The translations under genes and the position numbers were made by a program. Below, piece by piece: positions 1 through 12,800 of a DNA stretch of 55,321 nucleotides. The notes beneath the pieces are model-generated. The model worked only from the letters and a program-made list of their open reading frames with translations, was not told where the DNA came from and did no database searches. This DNA comes from Catajapyx aquilonaris. Taxonomy: Eukaryota. Every line of letters begins with the position of its first letter. Positions within the stretch are counted from its first letter, which is position 1. The stretch spans positions 1 to 55,321 of the forward strand of contig JYFJ02002529.1 in assembly GCA_000934665.2 (NCBI GenBank), read 5' to 3'.

Positions 1-1654
1 ACCCCCGATATGCTAATTTAAGGCGGTGTAGGGGCCTTCCCCAGGATTTCTATAAGGGACAAACATCTGACAAACTTCCTTATTTATAGATATAGATGTC
101 TGATGACTGTAGGTAAAAATCAATCCTCAGTGAGCCGATAACACTCCACCATGCTTACAAAGCTGTTTTTAAAGGAACTCATCATTTCCGAGTCGCATTC
201 TAGTTCATCATGAACACTGTTGACGACCTTGTGCCTTATGGGATTCCTTTCCCATTTCCTCTTTAAATGCCCTTCTTGTTTTTCTCGTGAACTGTGTTAT
301 ATTGTCAACATCTTTCGCAAGCCAAAGTGACATGTAGGTTATCAGAATGCTCGCCGTCCCATTTTTGTGAAAATACCACATTCCGCCAATGCTTGCTGTT
401 GCAAGCGTCTCTGCCACAGATAGATAGATTGGACCGTGGATTGGGCACAATCAGACATGTCACATATCCCATAAGGTTCTATAGAGTACGATGTATCATC
501 AAGCACAAAACGAATATGTGGCGGGTTTATGAACAATTCGACACCCATGCCATGCCAGTTAAAGCTCTCTGTCCGTGTCGCCTATTCAATTCGGCACATA
601 ATAATTTACACACTCCAACTGCTTTTATGTTTTAAAATATATTATAAATACCCCATCACATGCTCTATTACCACATTCCTAGTTAGGAAACGATTGGGAG
701 TCCCAATCAGTAACCCGTATAACTCCCATTGCCTAAATGAGTTACGTGTTGTCGCACTTTTCAAACTAGTATTGGCACTGTCAAGGGTCAAAAATTATTA
801 CACATCTCCATTTTTCAGGTAAGACACTACTTTGATGGGCAAGCATATGCCCGAAATGGTATGTGCACTACATATCTTCTTCCAGACTTCCAGAGACCTG
901 GGCTAAAACACTCACGATCTGGAGCCCTTATTGCAGCAAATTGGTGAAATTGCAGGCCACATCCATCTAATATTATCAATCCAGCTCTCAAGTCAGACAG
1001 CCCGCCATCTTCAAGAAGAGCGTTTTAGAGAATGGCCGAGAGGTAGCGTTTCTACAAGGTCGATGGACGGATATGAAAAACAGCCACCAACTTGAACCCT
1101 TTCACCTTGGCTTCAAATTGTAAATTCACAATATGATTCACAACCACCTCCATCATCATAACTACAGTAGGTGTGATACAGTTGATGCAACATGAGGGAT
1201 TTAAAGACTATCTAATCTTAAAACGTGATTTCTTACAGCTAGTATATAGAGGATGCGTTACTGACGTATGTCAGATGTCCCTCGTTTTTTTTCCAACAGT
1301 GGTGGCTCCGCCAGCTTTTAAAAACCTGGGCTGCTATGACATGGAATGACCCTAGGTGCAGTTACGACGTGGGAATGGCGTATTGATATACCAGAGGAAT
1401 AGCAAGGTTGCTCAGTGCTCTTTCCAAGTAGCAGTTCTTTTTGAACGCGAGGCTATTTTCGCCCCAATTGTATGGTCGGGGACCCAACATGGCCGCCATC
1501 AGCTGTCATCATATCGTATCTGGTATCCAGGTATCTCTCTTCCTGTGTGTTGGTGGCTGGGCTGTCGAAATGGAAGCAGGGTGTGTCTGTGTTGACTCAC
1601 TTCGGACACTCTTCTGACGCACGCCGAGGAACAAGCCAAGCGACTGCAGCCGTC

Positions 1655-4600
1655 ATGGCAGGGAAACGGCATCGGCCGAGAAGGACTCACTGTGAGACAG
1701 TTTATGTACTTAATTATTGACATGGGGAGTCTGTGTGTGGGTTAGGTAATTATTAATACATACAAATATGCGTACACAGAAACTACAAAGATGGAGATAT
1801 TTAGTTGCAATCTGCTACATAATATTGTGTAAACTTTGAAAGTGCATTAAAAGACTGGTATAGTACGACTATAGCAATAAAACACAGATCCTACCCAGCA
1901 GCGCCACATCTGAATACCAATATACCAGCCATAATTCTGAACAATGCAATCCAACTGAGGGGGAGTAGAGGCTCAGCAAGACATCACGTTTGTCATGCCT
2001 TGCTGCAGCAATTTCTGAGCTACCATGTGCCAAATACATGGTATGACGACTTCTTGTCTTTCCAAGCCTCTTCTTTACTGCAGTTATTGTATTGGGTGGT
2101 CTGAAGTGGGGGGCATTTGTATAAGGCAGCCTTTTAAAGCTACCAATAATACACCCTCTTCGCAAATGAAATCAAGACCAAGCAGTTGACACTGGGAATT
2201 TCTAAAATATGATGCAAGGAATGTGCCAACATGTTTGTAAGGTACAGTTGTGTGTTAGTAAATCCTGAACAAGTGATCAATGCCTGTTTGCCATTGTTGG
2301 TAACGATAATGCTCAAAACAGTGAATAGCAAGGGTCAACACATTTGGGGGAGTTGTGGATTTACTATCTATTCGGACACCTGACATAAAGCAGTTAATTT
2401 ATACATGCTTTCAGATAATGAGGCCTATGAGGAAACAGAATTGGAGAATGTGAGAACCGTGGATGGTGAATCTTCTCCACCCGACCACACTGGAGAGAAC
2501 TACTCCCTGGGTGGTGATGACGATGATGATGAGAGATTGAGCAACTCATCTAACTACAACTATCACACATGGTCCAAACAGATCATGAGGGAATTGCCTT
2601 CCAGAGCCCCAGCATGTAAATCAGTTACCTGTGCAATGCTATATTTTATTTGTGATCATTATTTTCTGAGAGTTAATAAATGCCTATATTTGCAGTTGAA
2701 GCTCACACTGCTGCTGTGCCGCAGAGGACAGCATCCTCAACCTCACTGCGTCGCCGAGGTCAAGTTGGGGTTCCCCCTGCTTCTGTTCGATTTGCAACAT
2801 TAGGTTGTCCTAGTGATGTGGAAATGATTGTTGCTCGTATTTGCTCTGATGAGGACCTGTTGGGAGATGATGCTGCTGCTGAACATATGAGATTGTACGT
2901 GCTCTGTGTTAAGCCATATGTGTCTCATAGCTATCTGCACATTAAAGTAGAGTCTCTCGTGAATAACCTCTGAAAAGTCAGACAGACCACTCAATTCAGT
3001 AATGAACATTGGATGGTTAGAGAAATTAGAAACAGGTTAGAGAAACAGGAACCACACAGTTCTTGTGCAGTGTTATAGAGGTTCACTGAAACGAAAGTGA
3101 GCCAATCAACCCTACACATGGTGCAGGTGCAAATATGCTGAATACTCGAGAAATATCATCAATCAGTGGACCAAATTAGGTTTACATCAGAGTGGCAGGA
3201 GAGCCATGAGGTTAAAGGAATTCCTCACCTGCAGCTGTGTTCAGTCTTTGGGCTCACTAGCCATGAGGGCTGGTGACAGGAGAGAGCGCAGGAGCCAGTG
3301 CATGTCTCAGGCCAGGTTGCCCCATCACTGTTCTGAGAGGCACTTGTGATGGTACAACCCAGCATTATTATTCAAGTACAGTTACCAAGGACATTGAGAC
3401 ACATTCATGTCTCACTGCTGGACTCAGACACATCCTTGTGGCAGTTGGGCCCAAAGATGGGGGTATCATTTTGGAATAACTTATGGCTCTCTTGCCACTG
3501 TGATGTCAACCAAGATCAGTCCACTGTGACTGGCAGATAAGACGTTGGGATTTTCAGCACATTTTTACTGTCCTTATTTACAATCATGTTTACATACAGT
3601 TTACTGGCTCACTCTCATTTCATTGATCTGTGGGTATGAAAATTTTCTATTTCTGACACTAGAGAGGCACTACGTCAGATGCCCAAGTCACTGACTTTGA
3701 AGAGAAAGGTTCGGACGAGGCTGAATCGTGAGGCCAGTCAGCGAAGTGTGCGTCAGTTGTCATGGTGGAAACGGCTTAAGTACAGCATTGCCTTCAAATT
3801 GAGTCGGGTAAGTTGCCCTGAACAATAATTTACTAACCCAGTAGAACAAAATTGATCTGCTTATGTAGGTTGGGGATCTGCTGTATTTCATAAAATAAAT
3901 GAATGTGCAAGGCAGTGAAAAGGGAAATCAATAACTCACACCACTAATTTTATAAATACATATCACGTTTAGTGGACGACTTGATAGGCTACCCTTAAAA
4001 ATTGCTTATCTTTTACCATTTCTGTAACAAATGAAATGAAGTTTTTAAAATATCTCCTAATGCCTTCTGCGGTCATTTGAAGTTTGAAACTGGTAATTCT
4101 CAAGTTCATATGTCACTGTTGGGGATGTAAGGCAAAAACTGAGTTTAACTTTTTGCCTAATCAGTAATGCTATTAGTACAACTTACACTAAAAAGTACTG
4201 TAGGTTACAGCCAAATCAAGCCTATACTGATGAGGAGAAACATGAGCTAAGAGAAAAGTGCTTGACTTGGGCCATTATGCTACAATAGTATGTATTCTAT
4301 TATTGGGCCATTCACTTGCAGACTTACATACCTATGTTTATGACCAAATTCTTATGAGCATTGATATTCAGTTGTTGAAACTGCAACTAAGACTAGGTTG
4401 CGGGAAGACTTATTCCCTCTTGGTTCAGGGGATTTGAAGAGTTAATTTGGATAAGGGCTCTGTATCAGATTCATGCCATATTGAGTTTTTTGGAAGAGCT
4501 CATGCAAATATGACACAAGATGCTCTGACACATCGTAAGTATAATGTGGAGAAAACAAGTTGGCATGAATCTGGCACATGAACCCTTATCCTAATCAACC

Positions 4601-7600
4601 CTTCATTTGTTTATGCATTCCAGAGCAGTTCATTAATTTCACATTTTAAAGAGCAGAGTATTCCTCATGTATGACTTGACTGACATAATGCATTTCTATA
4701 ATGTTTCCAATACTAGGTGAAGATGGCAATGAAGGACGTGTTTTTCTCCCTGGAGATCTGGCATGGCAGCTTAAAGACCATTGAGGGCCATTTTGGTAGT
4801 GGAGTCGGAACCTATTTCAGATTCTTGCGATGGCTTTTCCTGCTAAACCTGTTTACAATGCTCATCATGTAAGTTGGATGATGAAACCAGGGGAGCATAA
4901 TTATACTACATAAGAGGCGCAAACTTCTGTCGGCGCCTTTGATGTTCGCGTCTCTCTGTTTATAGGGCGTTGCCAAGGCTGGCGGCCATTTTGAAGTGTG
5001 TGGTAAGCCAACGAGGTATAAATAGGGTACAGGCAAAATTAGGGTCCGCCATCTTTGATGGTTTTGGCGGCCATGGCAACTACACGGCAAGAACACGCGC
5101 GAATTTGAATTCGATATTGGAATGGGTAAGTAAATTGTTATTGCCGTGTATTGCCATGGCAGCCAAAACCATCAAAGATGGCGGACCCCCGCGGACCTTG
5201 ACGGCCTGCCTGTACCCTATTTATACCTCGTTGGCGCACCACACACTTCAAGATGGCCGCCAGCCTTGGCAACGCCCTATAAACAAAGAGACGCAAAAAT
5301 CGAATGTTTGCGCCTCTTATGTAGTATATGCTCCCTGATGAAACTATCAGTATATTTAATAGGATCGATTGTTGTAGTGATGTTATATAGTGACCAAATT
5401 ACTGCTGTGATACAAAATATTTTAAAGGTAGTATTTGGTTTTTTCAGCACTTTGAGTATCTAAAATCAGAAATAAATCACTAACTTACAAATGTAAATAT
5501 ATGTTCCCAATCTCATGAGAATCTGTTATTGGGAAAGCATGAGTGAGAACGAGAAGCAAATTCTCAAACCCTATTGATCCACGATTTCTTGCTTGAAAAT
5601 AAGTCTCAAATTCACTCTCTTATACAGAACTCTTATGTGCCCTACAATCAGTCTACATGATTACCAACTAAAGCTTTGTAATATAAAATGTTTTGTGTGA
5701 TTCTAGGGTTGGATTTGTGACAGTGCCACAAGCTATCGTTTGGTCTAGCAATGAAAATAGAGACAATTCAAGTCTTTTCTCGCCATCTGACTTGATCACT
5801 GCTGAGGTTAGTATTTTGTGATTTTTACAGTGTCACATGCATACATAATGGTAATTATACTCATTTATTCAAGCTTTCTGGGATGAGGTAATGTGTACTA
5901 CAAACATTTAGTAAAATTAGTTATTACGGGAGTTTCAATGACTTGGGTTTACTGCTGTGACTACAACCATGACTACAGAATCCAGAGTATGGTGGGGTTG
6001 CTTTGAAGGGATATGCAGGTGCAAGAGCAGTGCCTCAAATGGCCATCTTCATAATCTGGGTGGTTAAGCCTACTGGAAATCCCAAGGGGGTAACCACTTC
6101 GGTACTCCGGTGTACACCTGAGAGTGGTACTCCCTGGTACTCCTCAGGTACTTCACTCTTTATTACTTCTTGGTACTCCTTGAATTTGGTACTCCAGTGT
6201 ACCCTTCTCAGTCGAGTGATTACCTCCTTGGGAAATCCTATCTAAGAGCCAGAAACCTTATGTTGCACAGATGAGAAAGGAAATCTTTGGTGCTGTGGCT
6301 TGGAACAAGAACCTTTCCATCCATGCACATGAATGTCTCTGCTGCATGACTCCAACTCCTCTTTATAGTCATGTAATTGATGTTAACAAATTTTTATATT
6401 TAAAAATCATGCTAATTTTTATTTTATTTTTCAGGGCTATGTGTCAAATTCACTCTTGTTCTACGGGTTTTACACAAACAAGACAATATCATTGACTGAA
6501 GGTCTTCATTACTCCATACCTCAAGCATACTTCTTTTCCACTGTCACCACCCTACTCCTGGCAATGATAGCATTGTCAAGCAGTGTCAGCCGTGAATATC
6601 GGCGTAATTACACATCGTCAGGACGTTTTGGTGGTGTAAACTCCTTCTGCTCAAAGGTACTTTTTTGAATTACATATGACCTTTTTCTGGTAGTCAAAAT
6701 GAAATATTTCTCACCAGCACAAAACTGTTCTGTAAATATGAAGTGTCAATGCTGTGCTAAAATCTAGTCCCTCATGTATTTCTCATTTTTGGAGTGATTC
6801 CTAATTGGGTTTGTTTGGTCAGAATATTGTCATTAGTAATGAATGTTTTTTTTTTCCATTTGAAATGTCTGAAGTTTAATTAGAAAGTAAAAATGTTAAA
6901 ATTTATCTAAGGCCTGTATTTAGTGTCACTAAGGGCATGTGTGACTGAAGGTAAATCAATTTGCTATTTATGTAATGGTACTAATGATTGGTTTTGGATA
7001 TACAGTATTTTAAATCACACAAGTAGCCCAAACTCAACAAACAAACTAAAACCTATAAATAATAATACCTTGTAAGGCATTCTGATCTTTATCAGGAATT
7101 GATTAACTAAAAAGGGTATAATTTTGCAACCAAATAAAATGTGAAACAAGCATGCTTAGAAAATATGCTGATCAGCTTGACATATGAGAATGTCACAAAT
7201 ACTGTATGTATGTCTCCTTCTCCACAAAGGTCTTCTGTGGATGGGACTTTTCCATATCAGATCCAGACTCGGCCATGTTGAAGCATCGTTCCATACACAA
7301 TGAGTTGCAGGAATTGCTTGAGCCCTGGAAAGAACACTGGAGGAAACAACCTAATGGCTGGCAAAGGGCAATGGCAATCCTAGTGCAGCTGTTTGTTCAT
7401 GCACTTGTGGTGGCAGTCCTTGTTGGCAGTGGACTTCTCATGTGGTACCTACTGCATGGCAGCCTGTCAGCAGAAGAGAATTTGCAACACCCACCAGTGT
7501 TGCTAGACCTGAGACTCTCAGCTATTGTGACAGCCTTGCTGGTCTTGCTGCCTATGTTTTTTTCTTGGTTAGTGAGGTGGGAAGACTACAGGAACCACAG

Positions 7601-9183
7601 GGCCGAGGTGTATATGACTATGTTGCGGACTTATGCACTGGAGGCAGTGGTGATTGGGGTCATTGTCACCTTCTGGTTGCAGGAGGCAGCTCAAGTAAGT
7701 ATTTATAAAATTTTCGTCAGTTTAGTGTGAGATGTGTGTTTACCTTTTCAAGTTTTTAAACAATGAGATCTTTGGGCATATATCACAAATCACTACTCAA
7801 TTTTCAGTGCTCATCCTCCTGGTGTCAGTGTTGGGAAACAGCCCTGGGTCGTGAGCTGTACCGCTTGCAGCTCCTTGATCTGTTGGTTACAGTATTGCTG
7901 ACGCTAGTTGCAGAAACTCTCCGCCGCTACCTCTACCGTGTGCCAGGAGCCAGGTTCCACTTTTTAGGAGCCCCTGAATTTGATGTTGCCCGAAGCACCT
8001 TAGGCCTCATATATTCTCAGGCTTTGGTGTGGGTTGGCTTGTACACCTCCCCTCTGATGACTGTGATATTGGCCATTAAACTCCCTTTGACCTTCTATGT
8101 CAAGAAAATCAGTCTCCTTCACAACTGCCGCTTCTCAACCCGGCCATGGCGGGCAGCGCAGGCACATACAGTGTACAAGGCACTGGCACTTCTGTCGCTC
8201 TTGATCACATTGGCAGGATTTGGATATGTGGTCACACAGGTCCCATCATCTATGTTATGTGGACCCTTCAGGAATCTGGAGAGGCCCTATGGTATTGTCT
8301 TGCAATTACTGGCAGAGTGGGATGCACATGACAAGTTTCTGGCCGTATTAGCTTATCTGGTTAAACCAGGTGTTATGGCTGTTTTCATCATTGCAATGTG
8401 GTGAGTACACACTTCCACTACACATGGTCCAAACCCTGTGTGAAGTGTAATATGACATACCAACTATCGTTTAATTGTACTTCAGATTACACTTCGCGTA
8501 GGTTTCAAAGATCACTAGAATCCAATGATGGCTGGGGAATGAAGTCATTATAGATTTTGTTAGTCTAATCATTGGAAGAAAAGTTAATCATTGTATTGAC
8601 TTGCGCAAAATGTAGATGCCTGCTAAGACAACTTCACAGTATTACCAACACAAGTACAGAATAATTAAAATATAATTTTCGTTGCAAGGTATTTGACCCA
8701 AGGTGTATGCTGCTAAGGCCCATCACCAGTTTCACTCAAAACCCTGGGGTTACTATTGTTGGGCAAAATAAATGAACAATAGTTGAACGTGTTTTTTAAG
8801 CAAATGAATGGGGGTGGAATGCAGGAGTAAGGGATGCTGCTAGATGATTTCAGGGCTTCTGTCTATAAGCAACAAAGGGAAGTTTCAGTTTGTGGTACTT
8901 GCTGCATGATTTTAGTGCAAGTGAGATTGCATGCATTCAATGAGTGTTCTTTATCACTATTTGCAGTGCGGCCATCTACTGGATGCGATCACTAGCAAAA
9001 GCTCGCTCTGATATGGTCTTCATTCTTCAAGAGATGCTTCAGACAGAGGCCAAGGACCGCCAGTTCCTCATACACACCATTTACAAGTTTCTCCAGGCAA
9101 CTGAGATCACATCTCCAATAGATGCAGCAAACCTTAAGAAACTGCCTTTCACAGGAAAAAATATATTCCCCAAGACTATTTAA
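1655..9183 (+). CDS. TMC: Transmembrane channel-like (TMC) protein, TMC5/7-like, about 10 coding exons
   Basis: Phase-consistent GT-AG exons: 1655-1691 (putative first exon, gccgtcATGG; less certain), 2415-2615, 2696-2894, 3663-3807, 4717-4868, 5707-5806, 6435-6656, 7230-7694, 7808-8400, 8967-9183. TMC motifs [43 protein letters not shown] and PSSMLCGPF. Confidence 0.93.
4436..4604. mobile_element. Old MITE, possibly Sola-like, in a TMC intron
   Basis: Degenerate ~43-bp terminal inverted repeats (GAAGAGTTAATTTGGATAAGGG...TCATGCCA / TGGCATGAA...CCCTTATCCTAATCAACCCTTC); ATTT on both sides. Confidence 0.55.
4888..5337. mobile_element. Fold-back MITE with CA...TG ends (P-superfamily-like)
   Basis: About 200-bp imperfect inverted arms (…TACTACATAAGAGGCGCAAAC / GTTTGCGCCTCTTATGTAGTA…); target duplication ATGAAAC at 4881-4887 and 5338-5344. 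Confidence 0.9.
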
Positions 9184-9870
9184 TTATTTTATAAATCACA
9201 CACTGTAAACATTGTATCAATTTTTTTGCAATGTAACAATAATAATAATACAAAATCATCTAGAAAATATTATTCAGTGTAATACCAGGCTCAGAAAAAT
9301 AGCTTTAAAACTTTCAGGAAAAAGACACCGTAAAAAGGCATTTTGTTCACTAGATCTGCCATATTCTTGAGGTAAGTAGCATGGCAGTGGAATTCACATG
9401 ATGGAAAACTTCAGCATATGAAAATAATCACGTGTCCATTGCAGATAATTTCAAGCTGTGAGACAAATCATCGTACACGCACATGTAAGGCCACTTTGAC
9501 TGATATAGACACTTAAGATAAGTTGGATGGATTAGAAGCAGTCTGCTCAGAGGTCTGTGAAGCACATCTAAAATTTACATCCATCATTTGGCAACCATAC
9601 CCATGTTGGCCTATTGATAAAAGCGTCTGTAGGATGCTTTACAAAAGATTGTGCAAGTTGTTACTTGCCAGGGAATACCTTCATCTGGTTATCCCAATAT
9701 AAACCATCTAGAAATGCATTGGGTTATAAATAATAGTTTTTAAAATTCACCAAGGCTTATCCTCCAACCCTTGAGGAATGATTATGCTTCGAGTTATTAC
9801 TTTTCCATGTAAATGCCTTGAAAAATCTCACTTTGTTGGATGAATCAGTCTTGGTGCATGAATACAAAAC

Positions 9871-12800
9871 TCACTGAAGCATCAGCGTTTCCAGATTTCG
9901 CTGCAGTATTGTTGTCTTGACTGCACTGAAGACAACTTTGATATTCTCTGTGTCAACAGCAGTAGTAAAGTGATGGAAAACTGGCTGCCTAGGGTCATGT
10001 CGACTTGATAGGAAGAAATGAAGAACAAAGTGCTGGACATCCTCCAACTTTTGGGGATTGCCCTTAAAATCTTCAGGATAGTAGGAGGACACTAGACTCG
10101 TGCCAAGTGCTACTTTCTCAGCCAGGAGGTCCATCTTGTTAAGGAAGAGGATGAGCGACACTTGTCGGAAGAAGCGGTTGTTTACAATGGTGTCAAAGAT
10201 GTTGCGTGACTCATCCAGCCGACGTGTCCGCCTGCAAGTTAAAGTTATGTATTTCACATTGCTAGCAGTTACTACTTTGAGGAAACAGGGAAAAGAAGGC
10301 AGTTTAAATGTACGTACAGAAGCTGCCATGCAAGAGAAACCCATTGTCCAATATTGGCAGGTTTTATTTCTTACACTGTCCCACTAACTGCATTTTCCCC
10401 CCTGCTCCATGACCTATATCCGATAAATCAAGTTAACCAACAGAAAAAGAATAAAAGTCCTGTGGCTGGACCAGGAGAGGAACAACACCATTTCCATGCC
10501 TGCTTACACAGCTCTAGTAACCCATCCCCACCAAAGGTCGGAGCCATGCCCAGGTTGAGGTATAATAATCAGTACCATTATGCAGTGGATCTAGGTTTCC
10601 TGATACTTAGCAAGAACTTTCCCCTTCCTCCCATGGGCAGCTAGATCTCCTTACAGACTCAATGTGCCCTTGAGGCATCTTGACATTCCCCTGTATTGGT
10701 GTATCATGAATGGCCAGTTGAATGAAATCAAACTAGGAAAAATCTCAGTTTATGTAAGGTATTCACAATATATCATATGAAATGTTCTCCAATTTGTTCA
10801 CTCAATGGGCTCTCATTGCATTTGGAAATAACCTTTTCATCCTTTCCACCTTATTCCTTATGGAACATTTGACTGACCTGTCTTCAAGTAGCACTTGGTC
10901 GTACTCAGAGGAGGAGACCAGGAATATGACAGATGTGACAGATTCAAAACACTGAAACCACTTCTGCCTCTGTGATCTCTGACCCCCAACATCCACAAAT
11001 CGAAAGGGAATGCCTTGAATTGGTATCACAAATTCAGAGATGCCCTTAGTGGCTTTACGGGCATGAAGGATATCCTGGTTGGATGGAAGCCATTCCTGCA
11101 AATATTTTACAGTTTTGTTAGCCTGCAAACCATAATGACCTTGATGTTATCCATTATCTCATATGTAGCAGTGTGAATTTAAATGTGAATGATAACAGTT
11201 TTAACTGCCACTCTGTTATCTCCCGTCATGGCATACGTCATAAAAATGATTAGTGAGGATCATATTTGTCCACATCACCAGATACTGCTCAATTACCTTT
11301 TGGGCAATGCGGTCAATGTTGTCCAGGAAGTAGCCAACTGAGTCACTCTGAAAAGCAAAAATGCTCTTAAAAGCCTTTGCTGTGAAACAAAAATCATAAT
11401 TTCACTAGCAACCACCTAATCAGGAAAAGTGCGTTTGTATAGGCTTCCAGTCATAGATTATAGTTGTTGAGTGAGTCAATGCATAGTATTTTTAACTGTA
11501 TGAATGACATCATCTAGTTTTGTCAAGGCTGAAACTTAATGCATGTAAACTTCAGCCAATGCCCATACCTCCAAGTTGCTTTGTGAACATGTATATACGG
11601 TGACAAATGCTAAAAAATCATGAAACAAAATCATGCATGGCTTTCTCGAAAAGCTCCAATCCTTTTTCAGTTTGGTGGAAGTTATGGAATTATATGAAAA
11701 AAATATATGCCAAGTTGCAAATGAAAATATTTTCTTGTAAAAGTATATTGCACGTGTTATAATGACTGATAAAATAATAGTTTAAATAATATGATAAATG
11801 TTAATATTAATTATGATTCTTCCAGAACCAATCAACCTTCAACTATATACTTCTCCACTTGGGATTTTTCACATATCCTACTTCATATCTTGTAATGTAC
11901 ACCTTGCTGACTCAGCATACAAGTCACCCCTAGCTGTACTTCCATGGAAGATGAATTATCATATGGGGGACCATATCGTCGCTGTGGAGTCAAAACCACG
12001 TAACTCGAATAATACTAATTTTTCAGGAGAGCAAAAAAACTCAATACAAATATTACACTTGCATTGAGATTTAATTGCTTCACCTGGCCATATCTTCGCT
12101 CCTATTGGGCAAAAAATTACGCCGTTTTGATGGGCAGATGCAGCGCAAAATCCCTGATTTTCAGGATCAAAAACCCGAAATCGGCCGAAAAGCGAGTTAC
12201 GCGGTTTTGACTCCACAGCGACGATATGTCACCTTACCAAGGTCAAAATGCCACTACAAGGACATTGAACTACACAAAATTGGGGAGGTGTAGATGGCCG
12301 AGATGGTAACGTCCCCGCCTGGGGAACTTTCCTTTCACCTGCGTCAGGAGGGTCTCTGACCTGCCTTGGAGGTGTCTGGCAACCTAACCTCCTGGGGAAC
12401 AGCACATGACCCCTTTTCAGACACTGCACTTGCACCTATGTTCCCTCCCCGAAAATCCCTATCCTTACCCAATATCCTTGATTCGTTGCACAGGTGAAGG
12501 GGGTAACGTTAAAAAAAAACAAATGTAAATATAAGTTTTCTGAAAGTATTGTCCCTCCATTAAGGTTCTCAATCTATAAGTAACGCAAGGTCGGATTATA
12601 AAAAGTGGACCAGTCAATTGTGTCAAAATTATTGCAAATAATCGGAAACCAAAATTCTCATGACACTGGAAAGCAAGGTGCAGCAGTTGGACATGTGCCG
12701 CAATGTTCTTTGATAGTACGTATTTGAATATACCTTGCTTGAAATTTCTCTTGATTCTACTGCCACTCTCCAGTCAACCAAAGGTCCATGTGTTGGTGAT

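Noticed and set aside
100..1250. Short ORFs at the window start
   Set aside because: No recognisable domain or consistent splicing; probably decayed repeat.
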